Origin: Eledone cirrhosa
Lineage: Eukaryota
DNA: 64,000 nucleotides
Reading direction: 5' to 3'
NCBI GenBank assembly: GCA_964016885.1
Contig: OZ024742.1
Location: 283,836,001 to 283,900,000 of the forward strand
Every line of letters starts with the position of its first letter. Positions within the stretch are counted from its first letter, which is position 1. Below the pieces are notes generated by a model. The model was not told where the DNA came from. It did not search any database and saw nothing but the letters and a program-made list of their open reading frames with translations. This document shows positions 27,731-41,329 of the stretch, piece by piece. The translations under genes and the position numbers were made by a program.

Positions 27731-28480
27731 ATATCCAGTGCTTTTATCGAGAACGACACAGCTAGAGACTTATAGAATACTTAGCTGTGTACAGGAACTG
27801 GTTTGAAAGAGCGGTAGCCGGTCCGGCAGAAATTAGAATTTGGATATAATGCTCTGAAATAGCGATATATATGTGAAGACAAACATAGAATATTCGAAAA
27901 TATTCTGTATGTTTATAATAAACATTTCGAAGACCCAATCGCTATAGAATAGAATACGTCACGTATTACAATTTGAGATTCTCGATAAAAGCAAGGGAAG
28001 TAACCTACGCGTTTCATTCTTATTAGAAATCATCAGGATTACATATCCAGTGCTTTTATCGAGAACGACACAGCTAGAGACTTATAGAATACTTAGCTGT
28101 GTACAGGAACTGGTCTGAAAGAGCGGTAGCCGGTCCGGCAGAAATTAGAATTTGGATATAATGCTCTGAAATAGCGATATATATGTGAAGACAAACATAG
28201 AATATTCGAAAATATTCTGTATGTTTATAATAAACATTTCGAAGACCCAATCGCTATAGAATAGAATACGTCACGTATTACAATTTGAGATTCTCGATAA
28301 AAGCAAGGGAAGTAACCTACGCGTTTCATTCTTATTAGAAATCATCAGGATTACATATCCAGTGCTTTTATCGAGAACGACACAGCTAGAGACCTACCGC
28401 TCTTTCAAACCAGTTCCTGTACACAGCTAAGTATTCTATAAGTCTCTAGCTGTGTCGTTCTCGATAAAAGCACTGGATAT

Positions 28481-28523
28481 GTAATCCTGATGATTTCTAA
28501 TAAGAATGAAACGCGTAGGTTAC
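28481..28523 (+). ncRNA. Type I hammerhead ribozyme, sense to the MMACHC pre-mRNA
   Basis: Same motif in the inverted copy; flanked by the 15-bp helix ttctcgataaaagca/tgcttttatcgagaa. Confidence 0.88.
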
Positions 28524-28739
28524 TTCCCTTGCTTTTATCGAGAATCTCAAATTGTAATACGTGACGTATTCTATTCTATAGCGATTGGGTCTTCGAAATG
28601 TTTATTATAAACATACAGAATATTTTCGAATATTCTATGTTTGTCTTCACATATATATCGGTATTTCAGAGCATTATATCCAAATTCATATATATATATA
28701 TATATATATATATACATGAGTGTATGTAGGATATCTGTA

Positions 28740-29830
<1,091 letters not shown>

Positions 29831-30099
29831 TTGAACTTCATATATCACATTAGTCACATTGCAAACTTAGTCTAAGGAGCATGCTTTGGCTTGTTACATC
29901 ATAGGAATATCCAATTTTGATTGTATGTCTGTTAAAAATCTTACAGTATTCGTAGCCACGAGGTTCATACACCTCTTCTTCCTAAATGTTAAGACCAATG
30001 TAAGAAATAAATTCTTAGTTCTCATAAACAAACATTTTCCCTGTACTCTGTCTCCAAATGCAGGGGTCCATGTCTCATCAAGCAATGAAGCTACTCTGT

Positions 30100-30430
30100 A
30101 GGTGTTTCGGCCCCTTCCACCACGATACCAGAACTACTCAGGGCCACCCACCGATGTAGGCGATGAAACTCCTGCACAATAGCACAATCTTTTATGAGTC
30201 TGATATTGTGACAATGCCTCTGTGCAGTGAGTCAACCTTGATTCCAACTAATCCTTTAGCACCTACCTCTACAGGGAAATATCCTCTGGTTTCACAGAGT
30301 TCAACCAGCTCACTGTACCTTCTGGCTCTCTTGTCAAATGGATCATTGATGTTCACCTTCAAAGAGAATATAAGCTTCACTATTTTTGACATTTCTTCCC
30401 TTTGTACCACAAGATGAGGTTGAGTCTCTT
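30100..30430 (-). mobile_element. Relic of a restriction-like-endonuclease non-LTR element (HERO/R2-group)
   Basis: FDKRARRYSELVELCETRGYFPVEVGAKGLVG resembles the RLE C-terminal K..RY.EL...C...PVEVG.RG motif. Confidence 0.5.
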
Positions 30431-30645
30431 AGTGCTAAAGAAAGGGAAGTGATATTTGCCACCCAGGTCAACTGAGATTCTACCTCTCCATTTTGAGTTA
30501 GCCTTCTGTTTTTTACAGTAGCTGGCTTGCAAAATTCTCCTTCCTTACAAAACTTCATTCTTCTCTTCTCCACTACTTCATCATTATCCTGTTTTTTTTT
30601 TTGTTTTTTGTTGTTTTTTTTACTCTTGCCTCTCATATCTTTCAG

Positions 30646-31011
30646 ACAATTTATGGTTTTGCTATTCATCCAAGATATGGAGGTTGGGTTCGAATTTCAG
30701 GTGTTATTGTTTTTAAGAACATTTTGTTGCCCCAAAACTTCACTTGCCTGTCACCCCCAGACGTGGTTTCTACTGTTGAGAAGAGGATAGAATTATTAAA
30801 TGAAGTGAATAACAACTGGAAGAGCTGGAAGTTTGCAGACATTATCCCTGTTGAGAAGAAATATACTCCTGAAGCCATAGAATACTTCTCTTCATATGGA
30901 AAAGAACGGGACCAAATAGTGAATGATATCAAATATAATTGTAATAAGAACAAGATACTGAGATTCCTGACCCGTATATTACAACAGGTTATATCATGGT
31001 TTAACGATTAA
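30646..31011 (+). CDS. MMACHC: MMACHC/CblC-like protein, terminal exon
   Basis: Long pyrimidine tract, tttcag|; TIYGFAIHPRYGGWVRISGV...KRIELLNEVNNNWKSWKFADII..KKYTPEAIEYFS..ER vs human [20 protein letters not shown]...[31 protein letters not shown]; ends TAA. Confidence 0.92.
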   Translation, partial: TIYGFAIHPRYGGWVRISGVIVFKNILLPQNFTCLSPPDVVSTVEKRIELLNEVNNNWKSWKFADIIPVEKKYTPEAIEYFSSYGKERDQIVNDIKYNCNKNKILRFLTRILQQVISWFND

Positions 31012-31066
31012 CAAAGTTTCATTGATTCTAATAGCAACAAGCTTTTACAAGGTCTACGGAAGTTGA

Positions 31067-31496
31067 ACTAGACCTGAAAAATGCCTAAGCTCAAAAGAGC
31101 CACAGAATGTTATAATAAACCTTCAAAAGTGTTGGACTAGAGTTGTTGCTCAAAAATATTGTAATCATTATCTATCGTACACTCTGTGGAATCCTTTTAT
31201 AAAAAGAGACTCATAACGAACTCAAGACGACACGATAATTATTTAAGCTAATGTTCAATATCTCATATTAGATGTTTAGTAATGATTAATACGAAATGCA
31301 CTTAAACCGAATTCTATATTATAAATTCACTTAAATAATTATCGTGTCGTCTTGAGTTCGTTATGAGTCTCTTTTTATAAAAGGATTCCACAGAGTATAC
31401 GATAGATAATGATTACAATATTTTTGAGCAACAACTCTAGTCCCACACATAACATTCTGTGGCTCTTTTGAGCTTGCGCATTTTTCAGGTCTAGTT
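31067..31496 (+). repeat. Fold-back (~170-bp arms) just after the MMACHC stop, decayed hammerhead in the loop
   Basis: Arms 31067-31248 / 31331-31496; gttta-GTAATGA-ttaatac-GAAA-tgca-CT-taaac at 31274-31307. Confidence 0.8.
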
Positions 31497-32547
31497 TATT
31501 ATTTTATTAAAGCAACGCTTGTAATAACTCTAGTTAAACATGATATATATTAATAATAAATTATCGTTGTAATGTAATTAGATTATATAATTGTTATTTT
31601 ATAAATGATCTTATAAATATTATTGTAAGATGTATAAAAATATTTTCAGACTTTTAATATAAACAACTACAAAAAACAATCAATATTAAATAAATATATT
31701 TCACATAATAATTGTTATAGTTGAATTAATAAAAATTAAATATTACATACAAGTAGTCTAACATAATAAAAAAATAATCTAACATAATAATAATAAAATA
31801 ATCTAACATAAAACGAACAATAATATGAACAAATATACAAGTAAATATGATACAACCAATATTATAAGCATGATTTAACGAACTGAAAAAAAAATAGCTA
31901 ATATAAATTTAAAAAATCATATATAAATTAACAATATAACTTACCAAAACGAGAAAAATATTTTGATGATAAACGACGAAATACAGGAGGAACATTCGAA
32001 AGCGAAACGATAAATAAACGTGCAAACAAAGTGGCGGATGCTTTTGAGCAACAATTACTCTCATTGGTTGATTAGCCAATAAGACGATACATTACAAAAG
32101 ATGTGTTTGGCAGGGATCACCACAGCCAGCGAAACCCCTTGAATGTTTTATTCACAAGCTACGCATATATGTCAGAACACGCAGACTTAAAACATTCTGT
32201 TGTTAGTCACTGTGTATCTAACAGATGAATTTGTTGTGAAGAAGTGAATAGCTAGCCAATGCCGGAGTAAAACTTGCTGAGACTCTAAGCAGTATAAAGC
32301 TTGGAAACCCCTTGTTAAAAATATTAAATCAGAAGGTCTAATAAAAATTGAAAACATATGCCTTTTAGTTATTTTGATGACCCTGTTGGCTACACGGTCC
32401 TGAGCTGTATCTTCTTTAACTTATGTTTAAACCTGGTACTAGAGATATAACAACATCACTGACACAGATTTAAAACAGATATATATATAGAGAGATAGAT
32501 ATAACAACAATCACCTAACAACAATCACCGACACACACACACATATA

Positions 32548-32589
<42 letters not shown>

Positions 32590-32652
32590 GATCGTATATA
32601 TATATATATATATATATAGATCGTATATATATATATATATATATATAGATCG

Positions 32653-32684
<32 letters not shown>

Positions 32685-32685
32685 T

Positions 32686-32830
32686 CGTATAACGGAAATA
32701 AAAGACCATGTGACCTCTGCGCCGCTGAGGCCCTGGAAATATTCTACGCCACAGACCACATCTTAAACAAAAAATCTGAGGCAATTTCGGCTTGTAAACA
32801 TAAATTGCACAAAACTTTCCTGTATTACAG
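32686..32830 (+). mobile_element. Penelope-like GIY-YIG extreme C-terminal fragment
   Basis: YNGNKRPCDLCAAEALEIFYATDHILNKKSEAISACKHK. Confidence 0.7.
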
Positions 32831-33201
32831 CCCCACGTTATACCCTAACGGATAGTACGATCTATGCGTGGATATTTTACGTCTTGATGTGGTAGCTAAG
32901 TATATGTTTTGTTTATACCATTACTTATTTGCATAGGTAAGTATATATTACCTGTATGTTTTGTGAAGGTACGTATACTTTCTCGTACATATATTTGATT
33001 GTATATGTTATGGCGTATAATTTTATATATTTTGGTACATATGGTTTGGTTATGTGTATACGGGAGTTTTGCGTCTGTGTGAGTATGCAGGTTCGTACGT
33101 ATGTAGGGAGTGTGTATATGTGTACTTCATGTTTTGGTTGACTTACGTCTCCGAACATTTGTGTATTTACATGTAGGTATGTGTGTGCGCTTGTTATATA
33201 C

Positions 33202-33330
<129 letters not shown>

Positions 33331-34797
33331 AGTTATTTGGTGGGTTACTTATAGCTACTAGCGGCAACGCTGGTCGGAGCACTCAATGCTGCTACTGTGT
33401 CCGTCTCTCGTTGGGTTGTGCTCCAGGTTTAAGGCGGCTGTAGTTTGCAGAGAGTATACAAAGTGACAATAAGAATTGAAGCTTTTTGTAAACTTTATAA
33501 CAAATTCTAGTTTCTTTAGTTTATGTCTAAATCTAGAACTACGGTTAGTGTAGAGCTTCCCAGACTTCTCACATTGACAACATACTTTATAAAAGTAAAT
33601 ATTTTCTGTTTTTGTTATCGTGACATCATCGTCATCATCATCGTTTAACATCTATCTTCCACGCTAGCGAAATGAAATTAATAAATAAACAAACCAGTAT
33701 AGTTTATATGAAGCATTATGAGATATATAGTTAAGATTGGTTTGGGAAAACCGATTCAATTCAAATTAATAACGCAGGAGTGAAAATAAGAGGAGAGTAA
33801 AGTAAGGAAAACAAAGCTGGTCGTCTTCAACACCAGACTCCAATTCTTTCTTTTGAAAAAGAGGCCCTAACTTCGAAATATGAAATATAAGGTAAAAGTT
33901 TAAGCTCTTGTTTCGTTTTGTTTTTCTTAGTTTACTCTGCCCTAGTTTTCACTTTTGTATTTTTAATTTGCATTGTATCAGCTTTCTCTAAGTAGCCAAA
34001 ATAAATAAAGAATTAAATATATCATGTGCCACCTACCACATATCTAAATTATTTCCAAAGTTGTCAGATTTAAATTAGATACTTTCACAGCAAGATATTC
34101 ATTAAAACATTGATGAGCTTTGACTTGCCATATTTCTTGTTTCTTGGCATGGAAGACATTGTCATTCCCTCCACCCCCAATTAAATCTGGAGCCAATAGG
34201 TAATGTTTTGATACTAGACTGAAATTCAAGCTCCTGGGTTCCTCTAAATGACCCCAGAATGTAAACCTATACATTACTTAGTACTAAATAACAGGTAAAT
34301 ATATAAAATAATCATAAATGAATACAAAAAAAAAAAAACAACACATTGGCAAGACAGGCGAACATTTTGTTTTTATATTAAACTTTGTTTTCTGTAGCAG
34401 CCTGTAGCGGAATTATCATGGGTATATCTGCGGATATGATAGTTATAAAGTCATAAACAGAAATATCTATCAGGAAACCCTCGAGTATTTAAACCAAATC
34501 AAGTTGGCTTCGCCTTCTTGGTCTCTGGACTTCATTACTATTCACTGCTATTGGAGAAGATTTGGCTACCCACAAGAGTGAGATGGAATAGCTGTTCTAG
34601 CGCGTCTCCCTTGCCATCCTCCTGGGCAATGTCTTCCCCATTCTGTCTGTTGAGACCACGGGGTGAACTAACCCTTAAACACTGCATAGTAAACATTGGA
34701 TGTTTGTTTTGGTCATCAACATACATTTATACATATAAAAGAGAGTGTTTGAAAAGAAAAAAGAGACTATCAACATCAACACTATAATAACAAACTA

Positions 34798-34983
34798 CAG
34801 TAAAATTCCGTTATAACGAAATTCACGGGGTATTAAAAAATTCGTTGTAACGAAAAATTATTTATAATGAGATCGACCGAAACAAATCGAGCGTTTATTT
34901 GTTATTACCTCGGGTATTGAAAACAAATTCATTATACTGAAAAATTTGTTATAATGGTATTTGTTATAACGGAATGTTACCTG
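34798..34983. mobile_element. Tc1/mariner (Tigger-like) MITE
   Basis: TA|cagtaaaattccgttataac ... gttataacggaatgttacctg|TA. Confidence 0.7.
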
Positions 34984-35419
34984 TATATATCCACTAAAGT
35001 GGCGAGAGGGTAGGTTCATGACATCAGAGCATCTTCAACACCAGGAAATATGAAATATAGTAATTTCACAACATACATAAAATTATTGTCGACACAAAGT
35101 TTGAAAACCTTTGGTCCAGTGGTTCATAAGATGATATGTTTTCTAAAAATGTCAGTTCACCCCTACCGCACAACATAAATTTATTTCACTTCATGGTGTT
35201 ATTAGAAGGCCCATACTGCCACTATTTCCTGGATTTTACTGATTCAAAGTTTATGAGGTGTGCCATTGATACACACATCTATTTTAGGAAACTTTCTTTT
35301 CACGTGTTTTTTCTTTAATTTTTTATTCAGGGGTTTCATATAAGTCATACATACATATATATACACGCACATGTGCATATATACATAGATAAATACATAT
35401 GTACAATTTATACGTTAAA

Positions 35420-36107
35420 AGGGTACATCTTCAACGAAATGGCTCACTTACACAACCGATGCAGTGATGCTGTTAATAGAGTCATCCATATCAGAAGATT
35501 CCACAAGGTACTAGAGATTAACAGGCTTCCCAGCTTCCTTCTCAGGCCCACGCCGAAACCCCAGCCCCAGAGACTAGACCAACACAAACAACAGTTGCTT
35601 CTTCAAGATCCCACATCTCAGCGAGGAAACCACCAACGCCATATGCAAAGCGATCAGAAGGTCCAGAGTGAGCTAGTTTGATATTGAGGGCTTCAATATC
35701 AAACTAGTTCACTCTGGACCTTCCCTGCGAAGATGCCTCTCCACAAGCCCCCTCCCCCCAACGAGGATAACGGATGCACCCTAGCAAATTGTCCAATTCG
35801 TAACACTAATTGTTGCCCACGTACCTTCGTAGTATACAGGCTAGAAAGTAACAAGTGCAATCTATTTTACACAGGCAGCATTATTCGACTGTTACATCTC
35901 CGTATTAAAGAGCATGTTAACACCAAGTCCTCTTCCTTCCACAAACACAACATCAAATGCGGAAACCGGGACAACATTACCACCACAATCTTAGCTACCG
36001 AACGGAGTATAGGCACACTGAGAATTAAGGAAGTCCTCTTAATTAAGCAATTAAAACCTAGGATCAATAATCGATTGGAAAGAAGTGCACCAGAATGGCT
36101 AATTTAA
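35420..36107 (+). mobile_element. Penelope-like fragment (linker + GIY-YIG)
   Basis: CTLANCPIRNTNCC...VVYRLESNKCNLFYTGS..RLLHLRIKEH...FHKH...LRIKEVLLIKQLKPRIN. Confidence 0.8.
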
Positions 36108-36199
36108 AAGCATGTATTCCAACATCCCAGTGGTCAGCTACATTCTTTCTTTCAAATTAAATCTATCTCCTCACTCTTCCCTAAAGTCCAACCCCTCCT

Positions 36200-39100
36200 C
36201 AAAGCGGCAGGGCGGTGGCAACGGGTAGTGTCAGAGCTATGCCGTCGGGAACTTCGGTTCCTGGTAGGGCCACCCAAGGCGGATTGGTCTGGTACCCAGC
36301 AGTATTAGGGCCGCAACCCAGAAAAAGGGGCTCTGGTGAAAATCCAAGCGGTGTCTGCTCCGGCAACCGGCGGCTTCGGGTCGTTTCTATCCCTGCGACT
36401 GTGGAGAATCTGCGGCAAACAGGACGTTTTTTCCCCTCGTTCGGGATATACATGCGGGCTTTTTGGGGACCGCTTGTGAATTCACTACTCCCATGACACT
36501 TCTTCCATGAATCCTACAAATACGAACTATGAATACGAATTGCATTCCCGCTACGAACGCAATGCAAAACAATAACTCTCCTACCGCTATGGCTCTACAG
36601 ACTACTCCCGCAGTAGTCCCGCTCTTCAGACGAAGGAAGGAATTGAGGGTGGCGTGCTGGAACGTCCGAACACTTCGTGACGACGGTGTCCAGGCACTTA
36701 CAATGAAGGCTCTGCACAGGTACTGCGTTAGTGTCGCTTGCCTTTCAGAAGTTCGACTTCCCGATGTTGGTCATCTTCCGATCAAAGTTCCTGGCGAGGA
36801 CATCTATCACTTGTACCATAGTGGCGTGACTGACAACAGTGGAAAGCGGATCTGCTGGCACGGCAGCCGATCTCACACCGACTGGCGCTGGTTCGATTGA
36901 AGGGTCAAATCTCCAACGTCAGCGTAATTGCCGTCTAAGCTCCCACACTCAATGCGGACGAGGCGGACAAAACGCAGTTCTATGCCGATCTCCAAACAAC
37001 CGTGGATGGCATCCCCTCCGGTGATGTTCTCATTGTCGCTGGGGACTGGAATGCGCGGACAGGGCCGGCTGATGATACAACACGGCATATTCTAGGACGC
37101 TTCGCCCTAGGCGTACGCTGTGACAATGGTGAACGGCCCGTATCCTTCGCGGATGCCAATCGTCTTATCGTCACCAACACCCAGTTCCAACATCCTCGGC
37201 GTCACCTTGTCACGTGGGGATCCAATGACGGAAGAACGGCCAATCAGATTGACTACATCCTGGTCAGATCTCGTTGGGCCAGCTCAGTGATGGACTCGCG
37301 TGCGTATCGAGGGGCTGATACGGGCAGTGAGCATGGGTCAGACCATACTCTTGTTCGAGCAACCCTTCGTCTGCGGCTGCAGGCGAAACCTCCTCCCAAC
37401 CGCCAGAAAAGGATCGACATCTCGCGACTCAAGCTCGATGCTGGAAATTCTTTCCGGCTAGAGCTGCAAAACCGATTCCAAATGCTGAGTAACGAAGTGG
37501 AATAGCAACCGGAGCAGGAGTGGAACACGCTCAGGGCGGCGACGGTTGAGATGGCCAGGGAGCATCTCGAGTCGACCCAAAGACGCCATCGGGACTGGAT
37601 CTCTTGAACAAACGGAGAGGGCGAGAGTGGCCCGACTCGAGGGTGCACCCAATCTTCAAGATCTCCAACGTCGCACATCTCGGGCTATTCGGGCCGATCG
37701 GAATGCACACTGGCGCGAATTTGCGGAGCAGACGGAGAGGGCAGCAGCCTGTGGTGATTCGCGCAAGCTCTACCAACTGGTGAAGCAGGCCAGCCGAAGC
37801 AGTACGGATATCAGCGAGACGATCCGTGATCGGAACGGCGCGGTCATTACTGGGCGGATCTTAATGACCGGCTAGTCCGATGGCGGGACCATTTCTCCGA
37901 ACTGCTCAACCATCCGCCACCACCCACGCCAACCTACGTGCAGCCTTCCGGAGAAGAATACAGGTGCAGAACTACCGCTACAACGGTCGAGGAGGTACGT
38001 AGTGTTCTGACACATCTCCAGAACAACAAGGCGCCGGGCGAAGATGGCGTTCCAGCTGAGGTCTACAAGGCCGAGCCTGATGTCTCCGCAGCTTGGCTCC
38101 ATCGAGTCTTCTCCTCGGTGTGGGCGACGGAGCGGTTCCCTGGTGACTGGAGCGAGGCAACTCTCCTACCCTTCTTTAAAAAAAAGGCGACAGGAAAACT
38201 GTGTTCCAACTCCAGGGGTATCAGTTTAATTGACGTTGCTACCAAAACCTTCGCAATCCTTCTGCTGAAGAGGTTCCAGGCCATCCGTGATGTCCGTACC
38301 CGTCCTTCTCAGGGCGGCTTCCGTCCGGGGAGGGGGTGCGTTGATCAAATCTTCAATCTCCGGCGTGTCCTGGAGCAAGGTGGGCACATCAGCAACCTAC
38401 CGTCCTCTGCTTCATCGACTTTGCAGCTGCCTTCAACTCGGTAGATCGGGAAGCCCTATGGCGTATAATGCAGGCGGAGGGCCTCCCAGTGAAGCTGCTT
38501 CGTCTCATAAAAGGCTACTACCGGTCGACTCGGGCTCGAGTGAGGGTCTATGGTGAGGAGACGGAGTCGTTCGATGTTGGGACCGGTGTTCGGCAGGGGT
38601 GTGCGCTATCGCCAACTCTCTTCAACTACGCCATTGACTACACTCTCAACACAGCGCTCCGGGATTACCCGGGCGTAGAGGTCGGGAGAAGGGTCGTGGT
38701 GACGGACCTGGCTTACACGGATGACATCGTGCTGATGGGCGCTAACGGGACAGATGTACAAGGTGCTCTCGAAAGTGTGCACACTGCAGCCGCCGCTACG
38801 AATCAATGCCACCAAGTCGAAAGTCATGACGTCACTGGTCTCGCCTGATGCCTGGCAGCCGATATCTCTCGAGGGCGTGGACCTGGAGGATGTGGAGTCC
38901 TTCGTTTACCTGGGCTCAACAGTGGTTCCAACGGGACAGGGCGCAACCGAGGTCAAACGTCGCATAGGTGCTGCCAGATCCGCTTTTGGGCGCCTCCAGC
39001 GGTGTCTGTGGGACAGAAGAGAGATCACCTCCGCGACCAAAGGGCAAATCTACCAGGCCGTCGTTCGCACTATCCTCTTCTATGGCTGTGAAACATGGCC

Positions 39101-39584
39101 TATGAGGGTATTCGATCAACGAGGGCTGGAGGTCTTTGACAATGACTGTCTCCACCGCATTCTTCACTGCCGACGCGTTGATCGGGTACCTACCGCCAGT
39201 CTTCGTCTTCGCTTGAATCTTCGACCCCTTCCTTCAGTGCTTCTGCAACGGCGCTTGAGATGGTTTGATCACGCAGCCCGGCGCCCTGAGGGTGAGTTGA
39301 TCCGCGATGTTCTCCTCCCACCTCCACTCCCTAACTGGCGCAAGCGCGTTGGCGGGCAGCTGAAGACCTGGGCAACGACGATCAAGGAAGACCTCTCCGA
39401 ACTCTCAGGTCCGCAGGTGTTCGGCCTGCGCCGATGGAACCGTGACTGGCTCGCTATCTCCAGTGACCTAGCCCGGGACCGTCGTGCGTGGGCTGCCATG
39501 GTTCAGGATGCCGTCAGGACAAGGGAAGAAGCCGGCTCAACCCGTCCAGAGTGAATGTCGACACAAGTAAGTACAAGTAAGTAG
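36200..39584 (+). mobile_element. Near full-length RTE-clade LINE (APE endonuclease + RT), frameshifted
   Basis: 5' gagctatgcc..agggccacccaaggcgga similar to RTE/BovB 5' ends; ACWNVRTL, GDWNAR, QIDYILV, SDH, KAPGEDG, GVRQGCALSP, AYTDD; (CAAGTA/AGTA)n tail. Confidence 0.92.
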
Positions 39585-40094
39585 TATGTCCTCACTAAGC
39601 AAACACACTTAGACTCACACACAGACATATATATATATCGCACACATATTTTCCCCGTTTTATTATACACATATTCGCACACATCTTTCACTACATTCAT
39701 GTATACACATACAAACATCCCACTAAGCACACATATGCATATATCATACATTTCACGACACGCACGTTCGAAATTTTAGTGTTTTTTCATTTCATTTAAC
39801 TTAAATCTGCTTTCCAAACAAGCAAATCAATTCGATCGATCTTTTAAGTCTCTCATAATGATACTCCCTTGTTAATGGTTTTTAAACCCGAAACTATTTA
39901 GGATTACCAAATTTGCTAAGGTGAGATTCTCTTGTTATCTTAGCAATCTTGATTTTCATTCTAATGCATTGTATCGTTTTCAAAATTATTTAAATAAGAT
40001 TTTGTATTATTGTATTTCTGCGTTCATCTTGTTTATATATATATATGTGTGTGTGTGTGTGTATTGTATGTACATATGTGTATGTATATAAGTG

Positions 40095-40125
<31 letters not shown>

Positions 40126-40148
40126 ATATATATGTATGTATATATGTG

Positions 40149-40204
<56 letters not shown>

Positions 40205-40207
40205 TAT

Positions 40208-40244
<37 letters not shown>

Positions 40245-40296
40245 CCGTTTTACGTCCGTTCTTCCACACTATCATAGGTTATATATATATATATAT

Positions 40297-40705
40297 AATA
40301 AATGTAATCTGAGTTTTTCGAATATTAATAATAACATTCGATTCGTTTGCAATTATGCAAACAAGCCTCAATTTTATAGCCATGTCAGCAGAATGAACCC
40401 TTCATTCTTGCTCTTGTGTTGGCATGTGAAGAGAACTGCAGACACTAATGTTTCTAGGTATCACTCTTCATCAGTACAGCTCACTGTTCACCTGCGAAAC
40501 TGTCAGAGCTAATGAAAATATATGCTATTTTCAAAAATACAGTGACTGATCGGCCTGATCTGCATATCAGCAGACTGGCTGATCAGTCAGATCTGCTGAT
40601 CAGCCAGATTTGCATATCATGGCTATAAAATTGAGGCTTGTTTGCATAATTGCAAACGAATCGAATGTTATTATTAATATTCGAAAAACTCAGATTACAT
40701 TTATT
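40297..40705 (-). mobile_element. Fold-back element (88-bp arms) with a hammerhead in the spacer
   Basis: Arms 40297-40384 / 40618-40705; minus-strand gctgta-CTGATGA-agagtgataccta-GAAA-cattagtg-TC-tgcagt at 40435-40480. Confidence 0.78.
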
Positions 40706-41329
40706 GTATTCAGCCATGTAGAGCGAAAATTTTCTTTTCTATTTGAATTTGGCAAAGCAGGCCATTTATCGCTCGTATACAGGAAACAATAATAATAAAT
40801 AAAAAATAAAATAATAAAAAAAAAAGAGAAAAAAAATAATAATAAAGAAGTTAGAATGAAGATGATAAAAAATAAGTAAAAAAAATATATACGTGAAAAA
40901 ATATGAACATAATACGATTGTTGATAATAGTGGTGGTGATGGTAGTGGTGGTTAAAGTTATAGTGATGAGTAAGTATAAAGATGTGATGGGGGTATAAAT
41001 ACTATTAATATTAAAATAAATATTAAATATATACATATGTAGTGGTTAAATTTCAGAGAGTTAGAATAGGAGGAAAAAAATAATAACAAATAACAGATAA
41101 AAGATGAAAATAATAAATTAGAAATTAAGTGAAAAGAGAAGAGATATAGGATAGGATACAGAGAGTGGGGGGGGGGGATAGCTTTAGGGAGAGAGAGAGT
41201 GAGAGAAAGGTTAGGAGATTTATGATGTTGATTTAGTGATTAGTTGGTCAGTTGACAGCTAATAATAGTGGGGTGGTATGCAGTTATTATAATAGACTCC
41301 GGGTGGTTCAGCTTGAATCATGGGATTGC

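Larger units (their letters stand above)
27566..28688. mobile_element. Retrozyme-like array: ~2.65 direct 312-bp units plus one inverted ~295-bp copy, flanked by (TA)n
   Basis: Unit starts at 27566, 27878, 28190; inversion at 28394; units almost identical; one hammerhead per unit. Confidence 0.9.

Noticed and set aside
34518-34787. GC-richer stretch with short ORFs on both strands, possible host exon
   Set aside because: No recognisable protein similarity and no consistent splice-site pair.
36200-36490. HDV-like ribozyme expected in an RTE 5' UTR
   Set aside because: Hairpins are present (gggaac ttcg gttcct) but I could not assemble the nested double pseudoknot by eye; needs a descriptor search.
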